Positions 45,098 to 54,900 of a DNA stretch of 64,000 nt are shown here, one piece after another. The notes under the pieces are model-generated. The model searched no databases and was not told where the DNA came from. It worked only from the letters and a program-made list of their open reading frames with translations. Location: the IMG/VR virus record IMGVR_UViG_3300042731_007874; one strand, written 5' to 3'. The position numbers and the translations under genes were made by a program. How positions within the stretch are numbered: the first letter of the stretch is position 1; each line of letters opens with the position of its first letter. The DNA is from a virus.

Positions 45098-46978
45098 ATG
45101 ACTTTAGTATATTTGCCACGAAAATCTGTATACAAGACAGATGGTAATACTTTGGATGCCGCAACGGTTCAGGCTAAAAGAGTATTGATTATAGGGACCG
45201 CAGGCAAAGGGCTTGCCGATCAAATTGTAATTCCTTCCTCTACTTCTGTTGCCAAGTCAGAGTTTGGTTCAGATGGCTCTCTCTTGAGGGGGATGTGGGA
45301 AGCGAAAGAAGGTGGCGCGGCTCAAGTCGCGTTGTATCGGATTGGAGCAACCGCAGCTAGCTTAACAGGTGTGGGTGACACCACGGGAGCGGCTGGTTAT
45401 ACAATCGCAACTGTCGATAAAGATGCCGATGCTGGAGGAGATTATGCGCTTTATTATGACGACACTACAGACCGCCTTGTTATCCAGAGGAACTCAGATA
45501 GCCAGGTTGTTTGGGACAATAACCCAGGTGACGAAATTGACTTATTTGAGGTTAATGTTAGCGGTGAAAGAGCAGCCGCTGGAGGTGGAGACATTGGCTC
45601 TCCTTCTAGTTTCGTTAACCTAGAAGATGTTACTGCAACAGGGACTACTTTCACAGCAGGAACAGATGGACTAGATCTCAGTAAGATGGAAACGTATGAG
45701 GCTTTGTACGTCGCCTATAAGAACTTACTGGTCGGTGGATTTGATGTTGTTGTTCCGATGGATGTATTTCTTGATGACTATAATATAATTGCCCAAGGGC
45801 ATCGAAAAGGATCAGTACTCCCTGTACTTCCCAGTGCTAATACTTATCCTACTAAAGATGCGTATTCTTTGGGTTCTGATGTTGATTCTTTAGGTTCTGT
45901 TTATGTTGAAGAATACGAGGGAGACTATTACTTCTGGTGGAGAACAACTACTGGGGCTTTTACCGCTGCAGAACTGTATCCAACTGGTGTTGGTTCCGCA
46001 AGCGCAACCTTAAAGATTGATGGAACTGCTCTTACAGCAGACGATTTTCATGAAGTTAACTTTGCCTATCAATTGGCCAGATTCTTGTACGAGGTCTCTA
46101 CTGATGAAGTAGACGCTACTGGAGTTATTGGAGTTCTTCCTCCTGATTCAAATAGCCTGCGAGATAAGGCTTTGTGGCTCGGCAAAGAACCGACTTGGAC
46201 AATCAACAGCACTACTGGAGAATATACAATTACTTCTTCTGGGAATAATGGCTCTGGTTTGCTGGGGAATAAGTTTAAGGTAGGTCGCTCAGATCATCGA
46301 TCTGGTGCTTTTGGTGGCGGTTTTATTCTTACTGATAGTGAGTTTATGGACGGCACAGAAGAGACAGACGAGAATGACTATCCTATCGATCTTGGTAAAT
46401 ACATTTCCGTTGTCGCCGACAATCCGTTTATGCGAAACAACTGGTTGACATCTGGATATATTGGCTCTTTTGCTGCATCGTATGGTGGCTTCTATATTGA
46501 TCGGAAACCCTCTAGCTCTCCGACAAACAAGCCAATTCCTAAATCGATCTCAATCCTTTATGATTTCAAGCCAGGAGATTTAGATAAGCTATCCAAATAT
46601 GGCTACACCATGTTGCGGCGGAAGACTACAGGTACTGTTGTTGCTGATGCCCCTACGGCTGCTCTTCCAAATTCTGACTGGAGACGACTCTCAACAGTTC
46701 GAATTGTTAAGCTTGTTATTGACGGTGTTCGACTTGCAGTAGACAAATATTTAGGAGAAGGGACTTCTTCTTCGACTCGGGCGTCAATGTATACTGACGT
46801 AGAGAAGGTTCTTCAGAAAGCAAAGAAGAGCAAGGATCTTCAAGACTACAAAGAATTTGAGATTAAACAAACGCCTTCCATGGAGGTTTCTGGCGTAGCA
46901 CAGATCCATTTAAGGCTAGTCCCAGCTTTTGAACTGAGAGTAATTGAAGTTACAATCAGCGTTTCAAAGTCTGGTTAA
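45098..46978 (+). CDS. tail sheath protein
   Basis: RVLIIGTAGKG at the N-terminus; C-terminal LSTVRIVKLVIDGVR..YLGE..RLVPAFELRVIEVTISV sheath domain. Confidence 0.9.
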   Translation: MTLVYLPRKSVYKTDGNTLDAATVQAKRVLIIGTAGKGLADQIVIPSSTSVAKSEFGSDGSLLRGMWEAKEGGAAQVALYRIGATAASLTGVGDTTGAAGYTIATVDKDADAGGDYALYYDDTTDRLVIQRNSDSQVVWDNNPGDEIDLFEVNVSGERAAAGGGDIGSPSSFVNLEDVTATGTTFTAGTDGLDLSKMETYEALYVAYKNLLVGGFDVVVPMDVFLDDYNIIAQGHRKGSVLPVLPSANTYPTKDAYSLGSDVDSLGSVYVEEYEGDYYFWWRTTTGAFTAAELYPTGVGSASATLKIDGTALTADDFHEVNFAYQLARFLYEVSTDEVDATGVIGVLPPDSNSLRDKALWLGKEPTWTINSTTGEYTITSSGNNGSGLLGNKFKVGRSDHRSGAFGGGFILTDSEFMDGTEETDENDYPIDLGKYISVVADNPFMRNNWLTSGYIGSFAASYGGFYIDRKPSSSPTNKPIPKSISILYDFKPGDLDKLSKYGYTMLRRKTTGTVVADAPTAALPNSDWRRLSTVRIVKLVIDGVRLAVDKYLGEGTSSSTRASMYTDVEKVLQKAKKSKDLQDYKEFEIKQTPSMEVSGVAQIHLRLVPAFELRVIEVTISVSKSG

Positions 46979-46993
46979 TAACGGAGGTTAGTA

Positions 46994-47130
46994 ATGGCAG
47001 CACAAATTTCTAGTTTTCAACGTGCTTACAATAGCTTCAGTGGAGTTGATATCACTGCGGTTATTGGCACTAAAACACTTGGTTCGTTACAGGGAATATC
47101 GTACCAAGTAAGTCGCGAAAAAGCTCCGGT
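46994..47130 (+). CDS. tail tube protein, exon 1
   Basis: MAAQ..YNSFSGVDI..GISYQVSREKAP(V); SD GGAGG; not in ORF track. Confidence 0.85.
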
Positions 47131-48074
47131 TAACTAAAAAGGTATGGGCCGGAGAAGAAAAATGTCGCTCAAATCGGAGAACTCGAAAGACAACTCCGAG
47201 GGTAAGTCTGATAGCGATATCAGAATCCCGTAGAGACTTTAAAGGATTTCTCAAGTGAGTAGATTAGTAATTAGAGATAGACATGGAAGATATATTGGAA
47301 CCGAGCAAGTCTATACAGACGAAGATTTGATTGGTTCAGTAGAGATTGCTTCAAAGATTTTAGGAAAGACCCCGACTTTCCATCAAATGAAAACTTTGTC
47401 AAGATCTCAGAATCTTCCACACCCTAAAACAATCCAAGAGAGATTTGGATCTTGGGAGAACGCTATCTCGATTGCTGGGTTAAGTTCAAACAAATATTAC
47501 GAGAAAGATTTTCTAGTAAAAGAGATAGAACGCTTTATTGCAGAACATAAGCATATTCCAAGTACTAATGAATTTAGGTTTTCTGAAGGCTATCCTGGAG
47601 TCAAAGCTTATAAGCGTCTATTCGGGTCTTTTAATAACGCACTTGTAGAGTTAGGTTATACTCCTGTTTGCGTTGCTAAGAAAAACAAATATTCTTGTAA
47701 TGTGGTTGCGGACGATGGTCATATTTGTGACAGTACAGAAGAAGGGTTAGTAGATAACTTCTTATTTAAGAAAAACATTTGTCACAGTATTCAACCGCTT
47801 TATCCAAGACATGAAAAACTTAACCCTAATGGTTATATTAGAGCTGATTTTTATTTAACAAAAACAAATACTTTTGTTGAATATGCTGGCTTAATTAACC
47901 GAAAATTTTACGCAGAAAAGTTAGAAGCTAAAAAACAGCTTGCTACTGTTTTAGATATCAACTTATTAGTTGTGTATCCTTCTGAACTTGGACAACTTGA
48001 GAAAGTCTTTAAGACGTACTTAGGTACGTAACACGCGACACCTCCGTAGCTGGAGGATGGAATAGTCCAATTTG
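47131..48074 (+). mobile_element. group I intron (944 nt)
   Basis: P1: exon CTCCGGT with GCCGGAG (47148-54), G-U at the splice site; P10: GGTATGG with CTATACT; AGAGACT/ATAGTCC core; terminal G at 48074; splicing restores KAPVYTLG. Confidence 0.9.
47255..48031 (+). CDS. intron-encoded putative homing endonuclease
   Basis: Two P.....RFGS(W/F)..A repeats plus C-terminal SxEE..ADFYL..VEYAG PD-(D/E)XK-like nuclease. Confidence 0.75.
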   Translation: MSRLVIRDRHGRYIGTEQVYTDEDLIGSVEIASKILGKTPTFHQMKTLSRSQNLPHPKTIQERFGSWENAISIAGLSSNKYYEKDFLVKEIERFIAEHKHIPSTNEFRFSEGYPGVKAYKRLFGSFNNALVELGYTPVCVAKKNKYSCNVVADDGHICDSTEEGLVDNFLFKKNICHSIQPLYPRHEKLNPNGYIRADFYLTKTNTFVEYAGLINRKFYAEKLEAKKQLATVLDINLLVVYPSELGQLEKVFKTYLGT

Positions 48075-48615
48075 CTATACTCTTGGATCTGCAGACCCCC
48101 GTGCAATTGCGCGTGGTAAGAGAGCTATTGCTGGGTCGTTAGTTTTTATTCAGTTCGATTCAGAACCAGTTATGTTTGAGTTAGCGAACATAACTGACGT
48201 TACTCGGCAGCTTTATTTCCTGAGTGATATTGATGACCTTCGTCCTGAGTATAATGCCGCTAATCAGATTCCAGTAGCTGGGACAACGGTTACTCCTGTA
48301 GGAGAGACCTCTCCTAATTTCCCAGGAGCTTCTATCGATCAGGCAGAATCAGATATTACTGCAGCTGGTTCTGATCAAATCCGGGCAGTCCCTTGGTATC
48401 CGGATCAGATTCCTGCATTCGACATTGTTCTTTCGGCGGCTAACGAGTATGGCGCTCTAGCTATTATGAAGATTCTTGGTGTCGAGCTGATGAACTCTGG
48501 CTATGGGGTTTCAATTGATGACATGGTTTGTGAGCATAGTTATACCTATATCGCTCATGGCCTTATTCCTTGGACCGCACAAGGCATCCACTCAAGTATG
48601 TTGAATAACGTCTAA
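48075..48615 (+). CDS. tail tube protein, exon 2 (spliced product 225 aa)
   Basis: YTLGSADPRAIARGKRAIAGSLVF in frame with track ORF 48172-48615; 137+541 nt = 226 codons. Confidence 0.85.
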
Positions 48616-48638
48616 TTCCCTTCCCTGCGAGGCGGCTA

Positions 48639-49508
48639 ATGGCTGAGCAAAACATAGATTCTAGTGGTCGGTTAGTAGATCCTACTCTCTTGACCGCCTC
48701 TGATTATTTGGGTTATGGAACCTATAGTGGAACTGATATTAAAGTTACCGTTCATTATCCAGGCACAGAGAAAGCCAGAATAGAACTTAATTATGACAGA
48801 GAGACTACAGAACAAGAACTAAAAGACGAAGAAGCTTATTTGAATAAGCGCAGAGCTGCTGGCGCAGACCCAAGTGAGCTTCAAGAAATACAGAATAGTA
48901 TTGCTGCGATAGAGAGTAATCTTCAGTCTTTAGACGACCAAGATAAAAAGATTAGAGACCTTCCAACTTCCAAACAACTAGCTGAGCTACAAACTTTAAG
49001 TTGGTCTATCTATAGAGGTAAATCGCCAGACAGGTGTTTTGGATCTGTTTATCCAAAAAGCTATGTTCGTGGACAACGCACAATAGGCGGTTCTATGGTA
49101 TTTACCTTATTCTACAAGCATGTCTTGCACGAGATCTTGTCTTTAAACTTAGGTTTATATAGTACTGGGACTAGTGATGCTGATTCTTATGTTGAAACAA
49201 CTAATTTAATCGACCAATTACCTCCGTTAGATATTAGTATTGTTTTTGCAAATGAATATGGAGCATTGTCTCATATGGGGCTTTGGGGAGTAGAGTTTAT
49301 ACAAGAGGGAGGGACTCTGTCAATTGAAGACATATTTTCAGAATCTGTAGTCCAATATGTTGCTAGAGATCTTGATCCTATTAGAGAAGTTGCGAAAAGA
49401 GAACTTAATAGCCAAGGGGTTACCTCTCATTGGCAGACTACCGCCTCCGACTTGCTGAATAACGACAGTCTTAAAAATCACTTAAAGAGAAGGAATCCTT
49501 ATATTTAA
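48639..49508 (+). CDS. tail tube paralog 2 with coiled-coil insertion
   Basis: YSGTDI, RGQRTIGGSMVF and DQLPPLDI..ANEYGA align with tube 1. Confidence 0.75.
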   Translation: MAEQNIDSSGRLVDPTLLTASDYLGYGTYSGTDIKVTVHYPGTEKARIELNYDRETTEQELKDEEAYLNKRRAAGADPSELQEIQNSIAAIESNLQSLDDQDKKIRDLPTSKQLAELQTLSWSIYRGKSPDRCFGSVYPKSYVRGQRTIGGSMVFTLFYKHVLHEILSLNLGLYSTGTSDADSYVETTNLIDQLPPLDISIVFANEYGALSHMGLWGVEFIQEGGTLSIEDIFSESVVQYVARDLDPIREVAKRELNSQGVTSHWQTTASDLLNNDSLKNHLKRRNPYI

Positions 49509-50410
49509 TGACGATTAGAGATCCATATGGCGAGGTTTTAGGAACAAATAATGCTGGAACTACGGTATATGAATACGACAAATATACCGGGTCTCAAATA
49601 TCTGTTCTTATTGGGGATGTTGTTATTGACGACGCTGTTGGATTGAGCTTTGTCAAACAACAGTCAAAAACTCCTATTTACGGATTTGCGTCTCAATATT
49701 TTTCTTTTGTTGCTGACGGACATGTACTTGTCCAGGGTTCTCTATATATCTCTTTTAAAGAAGCCGGATATCTGTTTTATCCGATCCAAAGGTTCTTGAA
49801 TAGAACTGCCAATTTATATGCCGAAAATAGCGAAACCGATTGGCAAAATACAGCACAGACTGCTACTTCTCCTAGATATTCTGTTAATGACGACGGAGAG
49901 ATAGTAAATTACTACAAGCCTCAAGACTATACTTTTACCGAAGCTGCTGCTGCTGCAGAAACAAAGAGAGTAATGCAAGCAAATGTAGAGCAAATGTATA
50001 ACTGGCAAAGTAGGGATGGGACTCCGAGACAGCAGTCCAAATACAACCAAGCTTGGAGAGAGCTTGCTGCGTTACCTGATGATAAGTTTGAGGATTGGGC
50101 CGAAGTCTTTGAAGATACTATTTGGTTTGGTTCTGATAAATCAAATCCATTTGTTAGAGATAAGCTCTTTAGTAAAAACATTCCTCCAGGGACGATGATT
50201 AACGACGAAGACGTATTAAGCCATCGAGGAGCAGATCAATATCCTGCTGTAGATATTTTTATTACTTATGGAGATATGAGTAGAAAACCCGCCAACCATA
50301 CAGTAAAAAAACTTTTAGATGTCCATTTTATTGGACAAGCCCAAACATTAGAAGTTTCAGACCAACCAGTGTTAGAAAAGTACGATTTCCTTGCAAGAAC
50401 TCTAGTTTAG
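49508..50410 (+). CDS. tail tube paralog 3 / tube initiator-like protein
   Basis: YTGSQI, KTPIYGFA and VQGSLYI tube-fold motifs. Confidence 0.7.
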   Translation: MTIRDPYGEVLGTNNAGTTVYEYDKYTGSQISVLIGDVVIDDAVGLSFVKQQSKTPIYGFASQYFSFVADGHVLVQGSLYISFKEAGYLFYPIQRFLNRTANLYAENSETDWQNTAQTATSPRYSVNDDGEIVNYYKPQDYTFTEAAAAAETKRVMQANVEQMYNWQSRDGTPRQQSKYNQAWRELAALPDDKFEDWAEVFEDTIWFGSDKSNPFVRDKLFSKNIPPGTMINDEDVLSHRGADQYPAVDIFITYGDMSRKPANHTVKKLLDVHFIGQAQTLEVSDQPVLEKYDFLARTLV

Positions 50411-50442
50411 TTATATTATAATAAGAACAAAAGGAGAATTCT

Positions 50443-51207
50443 ATGGCGAAATACAAACTTCGTGAAGATCGGTTAGATCCAAAACTAAAACAACAGCTGG
50501 CCGCTGCTCAAAAACAAGCAGATGCCTTTAATCGAACTAAGAAAACTGATATCTATGGAAAACCTAATTTTAGCGTCAAAGAAGATTTGCATGAAATGCG
50601 AAGCACCAATCTTATTGACGTAGATTGGGAACAAACAACTTTAAAGGAGATAGAGAAAATGGGAAAAGAACAATCACTTCCAGAAGTTAATTCTGGAGTA
50701 GATGCAGCAAAAGCAGCTGGGTTCACGGTTCCAGAAGTAGAAATGCCACAACAGGGTCCTTTGCCTGAAGAGGCAAATTCTTCTCAAGAGCAAGAACCAA
50801 AAGAAGAAAAGCCTCTAACTTTCGAACAGAAGCTTGATATGGTTACTAAAGAGCTGGAGTCAATTTACAAAGGCTCTCCTTCAAAAGAGCAGCTTATAAA
50901 GCTTAAAGAAATGCACGGAGGAATTTTTATCCTTGATTCTCGCGCTTTAGGTGTCGGTAGTGACATTTTTATCTATCGGTATTTGAAGAGAGCCGAGTAT
51001 ATTCAGGTAATGCAAGCCTGGGGGAAGCTGGAACCCGACAAGCAGAATATAGCAATTGTAAATAAATGTCTCATCTGGCCGCGTTTGACTCCAGAATTTG
51101 TTGGTAGCTCTCCAGCCGGAATGTTTGAATTGTTAGCAGAACAAATACGAATCAGAAGTATGTTCTTGGATCCTACCGCAGTAGCTTCTGTTACTATGAA
51201 ACTGTAA
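50443..51207 (+). CDS. tail assembly chaperone (probable)
   Basis: Position between tube and tape-measure genes; FIYRYL.R.EY..CLIWP pattern. Confidence 0.65.
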   Translation: MAKYKLREDRLDPKLKQQLAAAQKQADAFNRTKKTDIYGKPNFSVKEDLHEMRSTNLIDVDWEQTTLKEIEKMGKEQSLPEVNSGVDAAKAAGFTVPEVEMPQQGPLPEEANSSQEQEPKEEKPLTFEQKLDMVTKELESIYKGSPSKEQLIKLKEMHGGIFILDSRALGVGSDIFIYRYLKRAEYIQVMQAWGKLEPDKQNIAIVNKCLIWPRLTPEFVGSSPAGMFELLAEQIRIRSMFLDPTAVASVTMKL

Positions 51208-51213
51208 TAAATA

Positions 51214-51897
51214 ATGTCAGTGATAAAACTACTTGAGTCAATTAGGCTTCAAGGTACAAATAGCCTATATGCCTCTATCTTCCCTGATGGGACAGAAGTA
51301 GTTTTTAGACTCCCTCCATTCAAAGAAGCAGCTAGACTTGCTTTTATCCTGTCTTTGGTCCATGAACAAGATCTCCAATATCTAATACAAAACCAGATCT
51401 TTTCTAACTATGTAATTGATGACTATTTAGCAAAACACGATAACGACATTCCTGCTGGAGTTGTTTCTTCAATTGCAAATGTAATCTTATATCTTTCTGG
51501 GGTTAATAATTCTGCAGATTTTATAGAAGAACAAATAGATCTTGCTCGTGACAATATAGATTTTTATTCCTCTATGAAGAGTTGGATTCTAACGGCTTTT
51601 AATGGATACACAATTGAAGCATTAGATAAACTTAACTATCAAGAGTTATTAGATTTATTTGCTCTCGCAGAGCATTCATTACTACAACGAGGTATAATAC
51701 AAGAAGGACTATCTCTATCTCGATCAAAAGAAGAGACTATTCCGTTAGGGAAACAAATTACCGAAGATGCTTCTGCTTTTAAACAGTTTGAACATGAATC
51801 AGCTCCTCCAAGAAGAAATAGTGCGGAGCTTGAAAGACAATCAAGACTAAGAGAGCAAGCATTCTACGAGAAGATGAGAAGACAAAGAGGAGGCTAG
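51214..51897 (+). CDS. second tail assembly chaperone-like protein
   Basis: Position; VFRLPP..E; helical. Confidence 0.55.
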   Translation: MSVIKLLESIRLQGTNSLYASIFPDGTEVVFRLPPFKEAARLAFILSLVHEQDLQYLIQNQIFSNYVIDDYLAKHDNDIPAGVVSSIANVILYLSGVNNSADFIEEQIDLARDNIDFYSSMKSWILTAFNGYTIEALDKLNYQELLDLFALAEHSLLQRGIIQEGLSLSRSKEETIPLGKQITEDASAFKQFEHESAPPRRNSAELERQSRLREQAFYEKMRRQRGG

Positions 51898-51900
51898 TAT

Positions 51901-54900
51901 TTGGTCTTACCAACAATCGCTTCAGGAGATCAGCCTCTTCCTTCAGATCAGGGAGATTTAACCCCTATTGCAAAGGCTGCGTTGGTTACTGGAAGCATAG
52001 GCGCTTCTGGTTTCATTCCTACTGCAAACGGCAGACTTTTTGATCGTTATGTAAATGCTATAAGAGCTGTTGAGACAGGATTTCCGGCTGCAATTTTAAG
52101 AACTTTCAGAACTTCTGAGTTCTTATCTCCTCTAGAATCTTGGTCTCAAATTGACGTTTCCACTTCTGCACTTCAACACGGGAAGTATGCAGAATTCTTA
52201 TCTTCTAGATTTGGTCATGCTACAGGTCTTTCTTTAAAACGTACAGGTTCTGTCTTTGGTCAAGTTACAAACGAAGCTGGAGAACTCTTAGGTTATGGTC
52301 TTCAAATCGAAGCTGGAAGCCAAAAGGGAACTGCCATCGCAGACTATTTTGCCCGGGTTTCCGGAGTCCAGCTTACAGAATTCCAATCTCTTAATGATGC
52401 ACTATTAAGATCTCAATATAGAATCGCTAATCCTGGAATTCCTTATGCTGAATGGTTAGAGTCTTTAGAACCTCAGTTAAGAAGACAAAGACTTATTCTT
52501 GGAAGCCGAATTAGAAGTAAAATAAATATACTTGGCAAAGATCTTCAGTTATCTAAGTCTTTTGCCGCAGGTCTTGCAAAAACAGAAACTGTCTTTAATT
52601 TACTTCGAGCAAAAGCAGCTTCCACTACAGGCCGTCTAAACACCCTTCTCTCGGCTCCTCTAGACATACCCTACCTGGGGGGTGTCTTATCTAAGATACC
52701 TGGACTGAGAAGCCTCTCTGTGCGTCCTGGTACAAGTACACAGATGATCAGTCGCTTCATTGGTAAGGGGTTGTTAATAGGTGCTGGATGGAAAGGGTTA
52801 GAGTATTTAGATTACTTAAGGCATGAAGGAAGTCCTCTAGCTCCAGTTTTCTCTACTGCCGCAGGTGCTGGAATTGGATCTCTAATTGCTCGTGCTCCAG
52901 GAGCAAAGTTTTCTAAGGCCGGATTGTTGATTGGTGGAGCAGTTGGACTTTTGGCAGGTATCGCTCCTAGATTTGACGAGGGTCTCTTTTATGGAGCCGC
53001 CACATTAGCTACAGATCTTACTTTAACAAAAGCAGAAATTTCAGAAAGTATTGGTTTAACAGAATCTCTTCAAGAACAAGAGAGAGTAACTCCTGGTCTG
53101 ACAGATATTTCTACTGGAATGGCATTTGCTGGTATCGGTGCCATGGCAGCTGGTTTTTTCTCTTATGGCGGGCTTTTGAAAGAATCAATTCTTAACAGAA
53201 AATCCGCATCCAGGTTTGCTGATGTTATTGAACTAACCAGAGCAGCTAGAAAAGAAAATTTATTAAAAGGAGTTTGGAAATCTAGATTTGGTCGAGCAAT
53301 TGAAGACATTCCTCTTCTAAAGAATATTACGAAAACAAAGTCCCCCATGCTATTAGGAGCTTTAGCCGGTTTTGCTGGTTGGCAACTCTTGTCTTCTGGT
53401 TTGTCTATTCTGTCTGGGAACCCTATGGCAGCTGTCCCCGGAGCTTCTGTATTAGGAACAACAGAAACACCAGAAGCACTACAAGCAATCTATTCTGGAG
53501 AAGAAGAAGTCCCTATAAGAAAAGGCAGATTTTGGGAATTCGGCCGGTGTTTGGCGGAACATACTGAAATCATTACGTTTTCTGGTATTTCCAAGAAAGC
53601 TAAAGATATTAAAATAGGAGATGTTCTTGTTGGGAGAGATTATAAAAAAGCAACGGTAAAAAATATATTTACAAGACATCACAAAGGAGAGATTTTAAAA
53701 TTTTCTTGTGCCTTTGATCGTGACTTAAAAGTAGAAGTTACTGGTAACCATAGGATACCAATATTAAGAAAATCATATTCGAATAAAGAGCATAGAGTTG
53801 AATACAAAACAAAAGAAGTTAAAGCATCTGAAATTAGACTTAATGATTATGTTGAAGTTCCTGTTAAAAAACTAGAATCAAATATTACAGATTCTGCGAC
53901 CAACCCGGCAGTTATAAACTATAAAGGGAAGATATATGCCGCAATTAGAACTATCGAAACAGAAGAATACGATGGTGTCGTTTATGACTTCGAAGTAGAC
54001 AACCCAGATCACCTATTCAGAGCGGGTCCTTTTCTTGTTCATAATAGTTCTTTCGAAGGGGATAAAATCCAATATTTCCGGCAACATGCGCTGCCTCGTC
54101 TTAGAGCAAGAGCGTATCAAAAAGGTCTCTACGGTTCTGAAGAGGAAAGATGGGGATATAGCCCTTGGCTTAACCCTGTAAAAGCTTTATTTGGTTCTGA
54201 TGAATGGAAGTATCACTATGAGCAGAAATACCAAAAAGAGAGACCTGCTCCAGTAACAGCTCCTGCTGGACAAGAGATTCCTTTTATAGGTCCATTGGTT
54301 GCAGAGACAATTGGTAAGCTAATAAAGCCTAGAAAATTAGTTCGTCCAGAAGAATGGATTACCGATACTGGAGTAAAGTATAAACCGTCAGATGAAGAGT
54401 TAGAACCCGCTTATGGAGTTGGAGGACTATCTGCTGGTCAACCTTTGTCTCCAGGAGAACCAACTCAATTATTTAACGAGCTGCTTTATAGAAGAAGAGA
54501 AGCTATTGGTTTGGTTGGTTTTACCGAAGGAGCCCTTGTCAAGTCATTATTGGGTCGTGAAGAGATCTTTCCTAACCAACAAACACTTGCACAAATGGGA
54601 AAAGAAACTGGTGGAGAAAATTGGCTTTTTCAACATTTGAATCTTGGAGGGGCCTATACTGCCAGCGAGCCCACAAGGCGATTTATTCCTAGAACTAGAA
54701 GTTATTTAGATACTTACAACCCTTTATCAAACCAAATGCCTTCTTGGATGCCGGGAGAAGATTACTTTATGGATTTTAAGACAGGAAATCCTTATCAATT
54801 ATCTCAACTTCCAGAAGCAGAGATTCGTCTTCCAGGTCCAGGGCTTGCAAGTTTATATCCTGCGTTAGAAGGAGTAGATCCTGAAAATTATCCGTTGGCA

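Noticed and set aside
50443-51897. Programmed -1 frameshift between tail chaperone genes
   Set aside because: No slippery heptamer near the end of the first gene, which ends in tandem TAA TAA
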